From Sphagnum compactum (lineage: Eukaryota): a stretch of DNA of 64,000 nucleotides. Below the pieces are notes generated by a model. It had not been told where the DNA came from, did no database searches, and was given only the letters and a program-made list of their open reading frames with translations. Below, in pieces: positions 37,739 to 50,278 of the stretch. Numbering within the stretch: position 1 is the stretch's first letter; each line of letters opens with the position of its first letter. Where the stretch lies: positions 9,734,001 to 9,798,000 of the forward strand of contig OZ234494.1 in the NCBI GenBank assembly GCA_965153455.1. Reading direction: 5' to 3'. The position numbers were made by a program, and so were the translations under genes.

Positions 37739-38620
37739 CTTCTGACCCCTTCCTTCTTCTCCACTCAGCACGGCTGATCTCGAGATGGCTTGCTGGAGTT
37801 GGGCTGGCCGGCGTTTTGCTTTTGGTGTGTTCGCCGGCCGGCCTTGACGGTGACGATAATGTCGAGTCAACCGATGCTTATCCGAACGCTAACAGCAAAG
37901 GCGCTTCTCTATTCCTTTTTGTTGGATGCTTTTTCTAATATTAACGCTACAAGTCAGGCTGAATGCATCTTCTAGAGTTGCGAAAGCTGAGTTGGGACAC
38001 TCGAATTTTGGACTTTCTTCCTTCCAAGGAACTGCAAGCTGGATTCCTTTTTTGTGCTTTCTCTCTCACCTGGGAAAATTTACAAAATCTGTACAACAAC
38101 CTATTGCCTTTTGATCCGGATCCTCCACTCGTCATCTTTCCTGCAAGGCCGGGCTGTGAATTCCCAGTTCAAATAAATTAAGCTGCTGCAGTTCTAGTGG
38201 TTTCGGCTTTGAATCTCCTTTTGTTTTTTGCAAAGTTGAAGTTGGTTCTCAATTCTCTTTTACAACTCCCTCCCAGAAACGTTCTTCTAACGCTTCGTCC
38301 CTGACAAGCTATCTGCATGAGTGTTGTTCCGGATATCGAATCAGTCACCCAATTCTATTTTTTCTTTGTCGTTTTAGTGCAAACTCGAGAGTTTTCAGGA
38401 TACTAGTGTGTGCTGCTCTAATTGCTGGTGTTTCTAGCTTTCTTCAATGTCCTTGGGTGTTGTCCACAGCGTAGAGAAGATGCGTGCTTGCAGGAATTAT
38501 ACAGACAGAAGAATTTGATCACACAGTCTTGACAAGAAGAAGAGCAATTAGGACCGCCTGAATATCGACGATCTCCTCTAACTGTCAAGTTGGAACCAGC
38601 TTTGTTCTTTTCCTGGAGCA

Positions 38621-38902
38621 ATGGACAGCTTCCTGGATAACTACACGGGCCTGCTCCCTTTCTTAGTGAGGGCGCTTTCATCAAAGAGTACTGGGCGCAG
38701 CCAATATTGCAGGCTGGGAGAGGAGCAGCCTCTTTGCACGCAGCAGCATGAGCGGAAACTAAGGAGTAGTGAAGATCATCATCAGCATCCTCATCTGCAA
38801 GTCAGTGATTCCACGACCGTCTACCGCACCTCATCGTTCAATCGAACTGCCACACCTCGAAGGTCGACGTCCATGCCTCGTCACAACATCCAACAGATTT
38901 AA
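38621..38902 (+). CDS. Small plant-specific protein, 93 aa ('GLIPFVYRAI...QY.RL'-type family of unknown function)
   Basis: N-terminus MDSFLDNYTGLLPFLVRALSSKSTGRSQYCRLGEE resembles the plant motif GL(I/L)P(F/Y)xx(R/K)A(I/L)...Y.xL. A possible 5' UTR intron acceptor (TTGCAG) lies at ~38493. Confidence 0.6.
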   Translation: MDSFLDNYTGLLPFLVRALSSKSTGRSQYCRLGEEQPLCTQQHERKLRSSEDHHQHPHLQVSDSTTVYRTSSFNRTATPRRSTSMPRHNIQQI

Positions 38903-40896
38903 TACTAGCTTCTGCATCAGATCACAAAGTGCCGGACACCCTCATGATCAATTTTTCTGCACTGGCTATGAGTACATACATCCGAATCTCCTGCAGACAG
39001 CAACCATGGGTACTTCTTCTCTAAAGCTCACAAAATATACTAGGCGCTCTTCCTGTAAAAATTGTTGGTCCCTAATTATATCCCCAGTAATGGAGCTTGC
39101 GAAAGCTTCACACAAGTTTGTGAGCTGTTAGAAAATACTGGCACCAGCTTAATTTGCACATAGCTATAAAAACAAGTTTGCCATGACCCACAACTCTTTG
39201 GCCATGGCTAGTACAAGACTATCTTAGTCTGCTACATGTCAAGGAGCTCGCAGCTATATCCTGCAGGAAGCATGCAGGCCAGGAAAGAAAGGGCAGAGTT
39301 GATCACTTACACAATCCTCAATTTGTAGGAGAAAATCAAAATTTGCACACAAAACAGGAACTATACTGAGTTCTATACAACACTAGCTTGTACATAATAT
39401 TAATTTCTGAAGCTTGATTCAAGAGATTCTGCATCATGGATGGATTCAAGGTGTGAGTGGAAATAGCTGCAAGAGGAAAAAATTGCAAAGTTCTAGAGAT
39501 GGGAGGCTGCAGAGTCTAGCTCTATTCATGTGACTTTCCCAGCTTCCTCATGTATTGTCTAGTGTAGTGCACACTAGATTGATGTATCATGATTTTCTCA
39601 ATCTCTATGACTCAGACTCAGTACTACAGCCAGTGAACTTACCCACAATTGTTACAATTGAGAATCTTATGTTGAAATAGATTGTAATACAGTGTGAATA
39701 TTTTTCTTCTACTCATGGCAGAGCATCACAAAGCATATCATGAGATGTGTGTTTGATTTGTTTGTCCTGTGTTTTGGATAGTCAAAGATTAATATACTGA
39801 TTCATCCAGCAATTTTTTCATATGAAGAAAATCCTTCTGTCTGTTCCATTTGTGTCAATAATCTCATCTGACAGCAGCCAACGCAGACATCTGCAGTACA
39901 AAGGTAGCAATAACAAGGAGATAACAAGTGTTGACAGACATGCATTTCAAATCCCAGAGCATTTGCAACAATGTATTTATACATTGACTTTATCCTCAAC
40001 TTCTGAGCAATGAGCAATATTCGCTTGGCACAATATTCAAGATGCACATCGCTACACAAGATGTGTAAAGGGTTTACACACCCATAGTTTTATTCAACCA
40101 CCACATCATAGGCACCAAATCCATGCAAATAGGTCAGCATCTTCTGTTCAGGAATCAAGATGTGCATAACATGGTTCTGTGATAGCGGCTAGGATACAAC
40201 AAAAGAACATTCCAATGGGTAGACTGGAAACTCACCTCTTTGAACTGAGTCTGATTAAGTACACGTCAGGAGATTCTTCATAGAGATAGATGCCTGAGTG
40301 TTTTGAGAGCAATTTCTAATTTTTCATGTCCCCCCAGATTCTCAACAATTTGCTATTGTCACATTCTGGCACCTGAAGTCTGATTGAGAATTGGCTAACA
40401 GTTGCATCCACAAGTCTTAGTAGGGGATAACAAAAGAAATACAAGTGCAGAACAAAAAACCAAGAGGATTGCCAGTGTGCTTCAGTTTTCTTAAGATCAT
40501 TGTCAGAGAACTAAATCTCACAAACCGATATGAATGTTCAGAAAGCCTAGAAATGGAATTGCAGTACATTGCTCCACACACATTGAAGAATGAAGTACAG
40601 ATTCTGCAGGGAATTTATTTTGCTTGAGCACCAATTAATAAATCATCCATCATAAGCATTGCTTCAGCCAGACTGTTGTTTGTAGCACCCTTCTCGGCGA
40701 TAAACTGGCAACAATCTGCACTGTTCTTTACATCCCTCTGTACAGGCGCCATATTCTTGTTTCTACAAGATCACAGCCCAGCAATGCAGGCGTCGCAGAC
40801 ACAAACAAAGAAGGATCGCCGAACGCACACCACGCTGAAGACCGGTATCAACATCGCAAAGAAAGAAATCGAATTGGAAACTTTAATGTCTTGTGG

Positions 40897-41295
40897 CTAG
40901 AAAAATAGATGGGTTCCCGCTCGACCTGGCATGTGCAGCGGGTAGATAGGAACGGTGCTTACGAACAGACTGCTTCTCGTCCTGCCTTCAAGCGCGATCA
41001 TCATGCGCACATACCTGTCCCGGAGCTTCCCAAGAAGAACAAGAGGAGATGTCACTAGTCTGATGCGCAATGACCTCGCGGCCACTCTGACTCCCCACCT
41101 TCGCCGCCGCCTTGGCGTCTTGCAGGATCCCAGCCTCAACGTCTTCTTTATTCTCAATCCCCAGAAGTTACGCAGCCTTGATCCTCGTGCAGGCGTCTCC
41201 GAGTCCTCCTCTTCACCTTGAATCCTGTCATAGGAATTGTGTGTCTGCATTCGCGAAAGAAGTGGGCCCAGGCCCGGAACTCGTCTCCTTCCCAT
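40897..41295 (-). CDS. Basic plant-specific protein of unknown function (start ATG at 41295 or 41250)
   Basis: 'SYDRIQG...RNFWGLRIKK...RRWGVRV...SPLVLLGKLRDRYVRMM' resembles a widespread plant family with an 'SPxxLLxxLRDAYVxMM' motif. Intact, GC-rich ORF. Confidence 0.7.
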   Translation of the reverse strand: MGRRRVPGLGPLLSRMQTHNSYDRIQGEEEDSETPARGSRLRNFWGLRIKKTLRLGSCKTPRRRRRWGVRVAARSLRIRLVTSPLVLLGKLRDRYVRMMIALEGRTRSSLFVSTVPIYPLHMPGRAGTHLFF

Positions 41296-42629
41296 CGATC
41301 GCAACAGAATGTGCTGGAGGCCGTTACGGAACAGGCGATCCAAATCTTCTCCTCAAGCTCTCTCCACGTCTTCCCCCTCTTGCGCCCTTCAACAACAACA
41401 AAATCCACTGGACATCAATGTGCAGGATCGGTGTTATCAAACAGCCATGTGCGTACTGTCATGCTCGTCCGGCGCTGAAGAGAATCCAGGTTCAGATTGC
41501 TGGCAATGGAGAGACCCCGATAGTACTCTCATGCCTTCAAAAGACACAGGCTTTGATCCTTTCCTCGCATTACATTCACGAACTGACGACAGAGGCATGA
41601 ATCTGATAGATCTGAATTGCGGTGGAGAGCGAGTCTACTTTCGAGCTCGAACAAGTCTTCTTCCCGAAGAATGCCTGCATGGATACACGATGCATGATCA
41701 GGAGCACGTCGAGCTTCCGAGCACAGTTCCCGCGAGACAAAACAGATAACTTGGAGAGAGACAAGGAGAATTGCAAGGGAAGAACAGAAGCAAAAGCAGA
41801 TAACAAGCTGGTCATACAAGTAGTAGTACCAGGTGCTATCTGTAACTGCTGCAGTCTGCCACAGGCAGCCGTCGTTTTGTGAGAAGAACGGTGGTACGTA
41901 CCTGCAACCTACAGTAGGCGTGGCGCTGTCCAACCTCGATTGACGCGAAAGTTCTTGTGTGTTTTTCCCTCTTTATAGAAATGACAAACTGCGAGGCCGC
42001 TGATCTCAGTACAATCTCCGCCTCAGGGAAGGAACTTTCCATTCTGGACCCCCGAGGATACAGGAACTCCGGATCAATGCCGAGATCGGTGCCGACGACC
42101 AGATTTGCTTCGGCAGCCCTTGCATGTGTGCAGGGAGTGCAAAATCTTTCGGCAACTCTTCGGAGCAATCGAAGGTTCCATGGCCGTTAGCTCCCTACAT
42201 GTTCTCTCCACATTCCCTTGGCTTGTTTACTATCAGATATCTCTCGTCTACTTCAGTGGAAAGATGAGCTCCGACTAGCTAGCTAGCATATGATATTCCT
42301 GGATGTCGAAAAACAAGGCCTCAGGATCTTTCACGAAGTCTGTGCGACTCTCTTATTACTCTCTCTTTTGTAGTTCTGTTGTTTAGTTGTTCTTCCAAGC
42401 TTTGGGGGAATGCATTGTTCGACCCTGCAAAGGCTGTTGTGGAGCTTTACCGAAGTAGTTCAGAAGAAATCCTCCGTTTTGGTCACCATACTTGTACACA
42501 GGGAGTAATCTCAAGCTAGACTGATGCTCTTTCTGTTTCCTGGATGGCCTGGGGTCCTGCATGAAGAGATTGACAGCAAGAGCAAGCAACCTTGCATGTT
42601 TTGTTATTGCAGGGTTTAGGGTTTAGTGG

Positions 42630-45600
42630 GAATCATGCCCAGGCCACATTACCCATCTTCCTGATTGTGGATTCTGAAATCACACATGGTTCATATCCAC
42701 TTTGTCTGTGGGAAGATCTCTCACCTTGCTTGTGAATCTCACAACCAGGTTCCATGGGGACTAGATGCTGTGCAAGGCTGAATTGATCTCTTGCTGCTTG
42801 TTATGGACATTTCTGCTGGCAGTGAATCAGAGCTTGTCTTTTTTTGGCCTGTTAAGGCCTGTGCAATGATGATTTGGTGTATCCTGTTGCAGCCATTAAT
42901 CTGTTTTGGTCCTCTTGCAAGAGATAGTTCCTAACCTCACCTGTTATTGTTTGGTAGGAATACTCTTTGATCTTGGACCAAGTCTGGACCTGTGTGAGGC
43001 ACTGTAGTTTGTGCAATGCTGGAATTATGCTCTCTGTTGACAAGGTGAATGCTCTTCACCAGTATAGACCGCCATGTTTCCAGGCCAGATGACCTACTGG
43101 AGAACCATACTGTAGAGCTGTCATGTGTGCATGCAATGAATGAGCTTTGTCATATCTGCCAGCATGCAGAATTCAAGAAGGGGATTCTTGTGACCTGCAC
43201 ACATGGGAGAGTGCTGAATACCAAGTGCTCTCACATTTGTGAAACCCCCTAAGCTATAAGGGTTTAGCTGAGACCTGGCAGTTAAGCTTATCTTGGGGCC
43301 CACAGCCCAGCCCACCATGGGAGTTGAGGACTAAGAATCTGTTCACAATATCAGCAACATCAAATCTTCACTCTGTAGCTGCTTGGATTAGAGAATATAC
43401 ATTGATAACTAGGCTTCATGTTTGTTGCTGCAGAGGTGGGTTGTCTGACTGGAGCTCAGCATATGTATTGTTAAAGCTCATTCTGATTCCTCTTCTTGGT
43501 TCTGAACTGCATCAGGTAGGCACTTAAAAATGGCCTAGTGGATCAGACACCTAACATCTCATCAGCATGGGAAGCAATGTGTGCTTCACCATGAAGAGGT
43601 CATCTCAAAACCCACTGCTCCCTTTTTTAATTGTGAAGAGAAATGTTTTAGCTCCATTTCAGATATCTTCTGCCCCTTTGTTATTGACAGTAGAGTTTAG
43701 ATAGTGAGACTTGATAAGCACTCCTTTTCCTCTGCCACCCTGCCTGCTCTGGTTTCTTAAACAGGTTTGGTCTATAATTTAATTCTCCTGCAAAAATGGC
43801 TTAGTTTCAGTCTGGTTTTACTGGTCAATTCTTTGAAACCTGATTATGCAAGTTCTAACGAGTTAATCATGCTTGTTGGATTAGTCATTTCTGGTTGTGG
43901 AAAATGTGAATTAGCCCTGCAAGGAGGTTTCATATTAAGAATTGAACCCTTCCTACGAGTCCACATTCATCTTCATTCTTTTACCTGGTCAAGATTGCAT
44001 TTGGCATGATGATATCAGGATTAAGATCAATTTCACGCTGATCATTCTCTCTTAAAAATTCTTCTTTGAATGCTGCATTCGTTCATACACTTCCTAATTC
44101 CAGTGTATACATGATGATATCAGGATTAAGATCAATTTCACTCTGATCATTCTCTCTTAAACATTCTTCTTTGAATGAAATTCTTTCATACATGTCCTAA
44201 TTCTAGTGTACTTGTTTTGACCGAAGTGTAAATTCATTTTCCCTGGTCTGCATTTGTCAACATAAAATTTCTCAAAGAATGTGTTGAGGAAATTGCATAC
44301 TGGAAATTGAAGTTGTGCAGGAAGTGTAGGAGAATTGAGATGTGTGAATGGGTGAACCAGCAGTCCTCCATGTGTTATTTGTGTCCAATGATAACACTTG
44401 ATCATGACTGGTTCTACTTGATTCAAAGAGGCATGGGATAAGATGAATGCTACCTATCAACAAACAGACACAATTGTCCAAGTAATAATATCCACAAAAT
44501 GTGATTACTTGGACAATTAACAGGATTTTCGTGTTCTGATGACGCAGTTATTGGCCTAAAAGATGAAGCCACTATCATCAGCTCAATAGTTCTAGACCAA
44601 CAGTTGATAACATACTCTTGCTTTTGTTTGTTTCTTCCTTCCTTCAAAACTTTCTTCACTGCACAACAGCATGGAAGCCCTGAGATCAGTTGTGGCATCT
44701 AATCATACACAGCCTTGCCACTTGCCAACTACTGTCACCTGGCAAACTCTAAATCTAATTTATAAGTTTTGTGACCTGCATCTTGTGCTCTTCATTGGCC
44801 AAGGTGGCAATGTATGCTGCATAATTCAAACTGTGCTCTTTGGCCAAGGTGTACAAAAGGGGTGGTAGAGATCTGTCAAAACTGATCAAAGTTAACAAAG
44901 ACTCTGGCTCCAAAACCCATTTGTTTGGAGAGAGAAATAGTAGATATCCTGCAGCCATTCCATATACCTGTTCTTGCCAGATGCCACATTCTGATACCAA
45001 AAAACTGGCAGCCAAGGAGAAGGCACCCCATAAGTTGTTCTTGAAAGCCACAACTGCTAATGAAAGCTCTCTGCACATGTCAAGAATGATCAATGTAAGT
45101 TTTTTCACCATTGTTTTTTTTGGGCCTGCACCATATAGTGCTTGCACCAGCAGCTCCTTCATCACAGATTGCATGATCTCTGATTGCCAAATGTGTGATT
45201 TGTGTATTGCAGCCTTTGCAGAATGCCCACACACCAGTAACTCATTTCCTTCCTCTAGTGATTCTGTGAGGAGCACACACACAGCACAATGGCCATGTGC
45301 CAAGGCAGCTGGTTGTCAACATTCCTGTTAGTCCCAGTTTAGAGGACATGTCAGTCACGCAAGTGGTTCTGATAGTTTGTTTTAATACAATCGATAAAGA
45401 GTCTATGGGTGCAGGCTTGTCTTGTTATGGAGTATGCATTCCAGTATTACATTCATAATGCTGGAAGGCACAAATCCCATATGAGTTCAGAGCTTCATCT
45501 ACAGAACATCTAACCCTTCCTTTTATTATACTTCTAACAGTTGATAATAGTTAGCCAGTATGCATTTGATCTTCACTTCCTTTTTTGTTTGAGGTTTTGT

Positions 45601-46390
45601 AGTGGATTGAACTTCTTCAATTTCAGCACTTTCGAAGGAACACTAGTGAGGGCATTTCAGTACTATCAATCAGGGGCAATGGGTGAGGGAGAATCTGCTT
45701 CCCCAGCAGTGGGCATCTGTTTATATCCCTTCAGGATTGGCTGTTGAGAGAGACTTTTGTATCTCTTTGCACCCTTCATGTTCACATACTGCACGGTGCA
45801 TAGGCACACCAAGCAGAAGAAATCTTGTTTCAGTAGCAAACACTGTCTTCTTCTGGAGTTCATATATCTACTGCTAGTTTCTACCGGATTACCATCAGAT
45901 ATGGATCAGTAGCTGCAGAAAATATTGTTATAGAATAGCTTCATGATGGTAAGGTCAAGTTCGGGTTCCATGAGTATTTTTTTGTGTAATATGTGTGCTT
46001 TGATAAGCCTGCGATTTGTCAAGTGTGCAGTGGATTGCATTGCACTTCAGTTGTTGTGACTGCAATTTCCTAAACAAGATGAACGACATTGCACTAGGAC
46101 TAATTTGTGCACCAAAAATAAATTGATTTAGTTGGGTTAACAATGCCCCAATCAAGCGACCAAATTCAAGATTCTTGCCGCATCTTTCCAAACACTGTCC
46201 ACTATTATGCATCAATGAGTTTATTCATCACTGTGGAATGGGCAAGTGGCTGCCCTTTATCTTGGGTAAGATGCCTTTGGCAATAATGGTAGGGCAAGGT
46301 GGGCAATGCACCCAACATAATGCCATCAACCCATTGTATTATATTCAAATCTTTGGTGAATGATTTATGGTGCGCAATGAAATGACTATG
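42630..46390 (-). pseudogene. Decayed coding relic without obvious introns; candidate endogenous viral element from a negative-strand RNA virus L (RdRp) gene
   Basis: A 182-aa intact ORF (44755-45303) and other fragments lie on the same strand. Collinear motif-like segments: LFKKPEQAG..RKRSAY (~43710-43765), AEDI[x]KWS (~43650-43672), GF[*/S]DDLF (~43593-43613), FRTKK (~43490), YAELQS (~43447-43464), HGGLG (~43305-43318). Confidence 0.5.
44005..44211. repeat. 105-bp tandem duplication, 2 copies
   Basis: CATGATGATATCAGGATTAAGATCAATTTCAC(G/T)CTGATCATTCTCTCTTAAA...CCTAATTC(C/T)AGTGTA starts at 44005 and again at 44110. Confidence 0.85.
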
Positions 46391-46424
46391 GGAACATGGG
46401 AACAAATGGGAACAACACTTGGGA

Positions 46425-49150
46425 CTAAACAACCATTCAATTTCTCTTTGTGAATTTAAGATTTCAAGAATTTGTTTTGCAAGTTAGGTCACATTTGAAA
46501 ACTAGCCTTCATGGATGCGCCACCAAGCTAGTGGATATATACTTGTAGATGAGGGAATAGAAAGCCTCTTAAAGAGATAATTCCTTAGTGACTAATGCTT
46601 AAGAAGATTCTTCAATTGAGGTCCCCCCACACCAAACATATTTTCCTCAAAATCTAGTCTTACAACATCAACCATTGTTGTGAAATATGCATTGGCAATA
46701 GAGTTTAACTAATCAAAAGCACACTATCAAAAAAGGAATGACAACCTTGACATCATACTCAAATGCCATTCAAATTGTATTCCCACGTCCCACCAAGTTT
46801 TCCACAACATGCAAAGCTTTGAAGCATTGATCCAACATGATAACCATCATGTTGTGAACATGTCATGTATCAAAAGACCTCAAAAACTCCAAAAAAGATT
46901 TGATCACCTTTATAACCTCTAACCACATATTTTTATGCAAAAGGAAGATCTCAGCCACAAAAGATTTAGGCATGTTAAAAGGTTGCAATGGCTCATTTTC
47001 CATGTTCATAATAAGTGTAATAGATGTTGTCAAAGCATTTGACAACAACTATTGGCCATCGAATTGATTTATCACATAAACCAATACAACAAGATTCAAA
47101 AGTAGATGTGAAGTCCTACCCCAACAATAGCCCACACTTGCTGACTTTAAATACTTTTTGTCGTAAAGCTACCAATTTATGTTTGCCATAACAAAACATT
47201 ATGGCATTCTTAAACCCAAAAGGGTGAAAACACAGTCAAAAGAGCCAAGGGCACCAAGGTACAAGTCCTTTTCCAAGGACTGCACATAACACATGTCATT
47301 TTTGTGTTAGTTTATAACTTTAAATTTTGATTTTGGATACCTAGTTTAACACTACATGTTGGATATAAATATGTTTTGACTACAAATTGAATTCATATAA
47401 TATATATTATGCATTCATGCCCTCTATCACATAAATATGAACAACTTTTGTTTAAAGCCACATTTTCAAAATCCATAATTTTCAAGGTCATAAGCATGTT
47501 TGAACCAAATGTGCTAAAATTAGTTATGAAAACAATTTTCATTAGTTCAAATCCTTTTGCCCTTCTAATTACCAATGTTAGAAGGAATGGTGCACATTTG
47601 GTATAAAAAAAAAGACGTTTGAAAAAAATAAGGAATGCCCACTCTTGAAGTTTGAGTGCTAAGAACATGCAAAAACATTTTTCATTTGTGTCAAGCTTTG
47701 AACATATAAACTTTGCAATTAATGGAAAATATTCCAAAAACATTTATGACAATCCAAACTATTATGTTTCCTTAATGATCTTTCAAACATACAAAAATGT
47801 ATTTTTAAGGAGTGTCCATTCACTTGGGTGGCTCCTTTGACTATGTTTTTACCCAAAAGTTTTTTCAAACATGATGACTTTGTTGGTGAATCTAGTTTTA
47901 ACTAAACTTTTCAATTTTCAATGTTGCATTTCATTTTCAAAATATGAATGCTCCCACTTTTGCCTCATTTTCCTAGACTTTTTGGTCCAAGTAATGACTT
48001 TTCTATAAATTAACTTAAGCTTTTTCAACCCAATAGAATCTTTGTCATTATTTGTGACATACTAATAGGCATTAGACATCAAATGCCCAAACATGTATCT
48101 TGATATAACTTTAAAATCTTCAAAGGTTCATAATCAATGATAGAATGCAAAGGTGTTGCCATAACTATCACATTAATGCCACATCCTTTACAAATGAAAT
48201 TACTTGATGCAACAAACCAAACCTTTCCAACAAAAACCAAAATTGTATAACCATGGGTTTTCCGCTTATGTCATTCATTTCAAACAACCCACAATAATAT
48301 GCATGGGCATTCAAGTTTCATTCAAAAAATTAATAACCAAAAATAAATGTATCCACATCACCACAAGGCATCCAAAGATCAAAACTAGCAAGACTACTAT
48401 TGCAAATGCAAACTTTAACAAAACATGTTAAATCATTGTCTTCTTGACCATAACAAGTAACAATTCTTCCACAAGAAAAAACCGAAATTAAACACAAGGG
48501 CATTGGCGTAAAACTAACCTTAAAGCCAAATGTTTTTGCTAGTTGGACAAGGGCTTATAACCCTTGCAAAAATAAAAGACCAAATCCTCCCAAAACTATT
48601 GTTAAACATCATCAAAAAATTTAGGGGTTTGTGGCACCAAGAAATGCAATAATTTCATAACTTAATGAACCCATTCTTTTCTTCCTCGGTTGCCAAGTAT
48701 GAATAAGAGGTTCTTCAACTTTCTACCTAAGTTATTAAATTTTTTGAACAAACACTTTGGATTTGCAATTTGCACATGAATATTCATCCAAGAGTTATAC
48801 CATTAGCTTTGTTGTATTTAATTAAACCCTTGCAGAGAGTAAATTTCTTCATCAAAACATCATGAGATGTTTGTTCAAATCTACAAATTATGCATCACAA
48901 CATTTGTGGTTTCACCAAATCCACAAGCACCCCATCGTTGATAGTAAGAAATCCCTAACATATGACTATGAAGTATCCAAGCTAATACTTGTGTTTCTAG
49001 AAACACAAGTTGCAAAGCATCACCATTTGACATTAATGGAACAACTTCATCAACTCCACCCACACTCTCAACAAAACAACATTCTTCCTCTTCAACCATT
49101 GAACACAAACAATAAAGACATCAGACATTAAAACATTGAAAGATGCAAAG
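46425..49150 (-). pseudogene. Degenerate hAT-superfamily transposase
   Basis: Relic of the C-terminal dimerization domain 'YPLAWWRIHEG*FSNVT*LAKQILEILNSQREIEWLFS' at ~46425-46545, and 'HNMMVIMLDQCFK' upstream. Many stops and frameshifts. Confidence 0.7.
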
Positions 49151-50029
49151 AAATTTTCAAGCTTTCAAAAATAAAAAACAAAAAATGATTAAAAAAAAAG
49201 TTTATTGGGTGAAAGCATTTTGGACACTTTTGGGTTTAGAGGTCATATAGTATCATTGTTCTGAAAGTATGGTCCATTTAATTTTGGGTATCAATTTTGG
49301 TTTTCGGGTTGTACAATTATTATTTTATAAAATTAAATTTTTTTCATTTTATTTTCTATATTGAAGGATCCATGGCTATATTTATGATATGTACATTGGT
49401 ATAATAGGGCTCACTATCTCAATTTGACTACACTAATTTTCATTAATCATTAAAATAATCAATTTTAGTGCAATTTCAAATATGGCCCATCTAACTATGT
49501 TTATCATCTTCCATGTGAATGTGATTACTTGTTAAAAGTTTAATTCACCAAACACTTATTGCATTTTTGCTAGAAAAATTCATTTTTCGAATGAAAATTT
49601 TCAAATTAGTCACAAGGTATCCAAACATGGTTCAAACTATGTGAAATGACATGGTTCAATATACCTTCAACTTTCATAAGAATTAAAAATCATTTAAATT
49701 TTTTTGGAGTATATTTTTGATTTTGAATACACATGTACACTACATTTGTTTTCAAAAATATATTTCAATCTCCCACTTTATAAAATACAATGAAATAATT
49801 TATTTGCTAATATCTTACCTAGGTTAATATAATCTAACATTATATTTTAAAATATTGTGAAAACATTTCAAAAGTTTGAAGTGAGATACATTCAAACATG
49901 CACACCTGTGGAAAGTAGTACAATGTGACATGCACCCCAAAAGGCATCACTGTAATGTGCTTTCACCCTACTTGTTGATTCCTTTAACAACAATGTTACT
50001 AAACTTCACATATTCACTAAATAATTAAA

Positions 50030-50278
50030 CTGAGTTGATGCCTCCCAATGTCAATGCCTCCCAATCCATCCAACAACAAGATCATGAGGTTGATGCCTAT
50101 TGATTCATCAAACAACAAGACGTAGCCAATGCCTCCCAATTCATCCATAACAAAATGTAACTAATGATTGCCTTTAAATCATCTAGCAACAAAACACAAT
50201 CGATGACTCTTGATTCACCAAAGGAACGAACCCAAAGCTGATTCACCAAGCAACAAAACACAAAACCAAAGCCTTCCC
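50030..50278. repeat. Degenerate GATTCACCAAGCAACAAAAC-type tandem repeats, split by the LTR element and continuing at 57212-57500
   Basis: The same motif family (GATTCACCAAGCAACAAAACACAAAACCAAAG..TTCCC) occurs on both sides of the retrotransposon. Confidence 0.7.

Noticed and set aside
44006-44045. ATGATGA...CTGA box C/D snoRNA in the 105-bp duplication
   Set aside because: The boxes are only ~36 nt apart, too short for a snoRNA, and lie within the coding-like relic.
45190-45303. PHD/RING finger in 'HCAVC...LLVCGH...H'
   Set aside because: The ligand set is incomplete, so it cannot be supported without a profile search.
44840-45331. 163-aa + strand ORF
   Set aside because: It is the Ser-rich antisense shadow of the - strand ORF 44755-45303.
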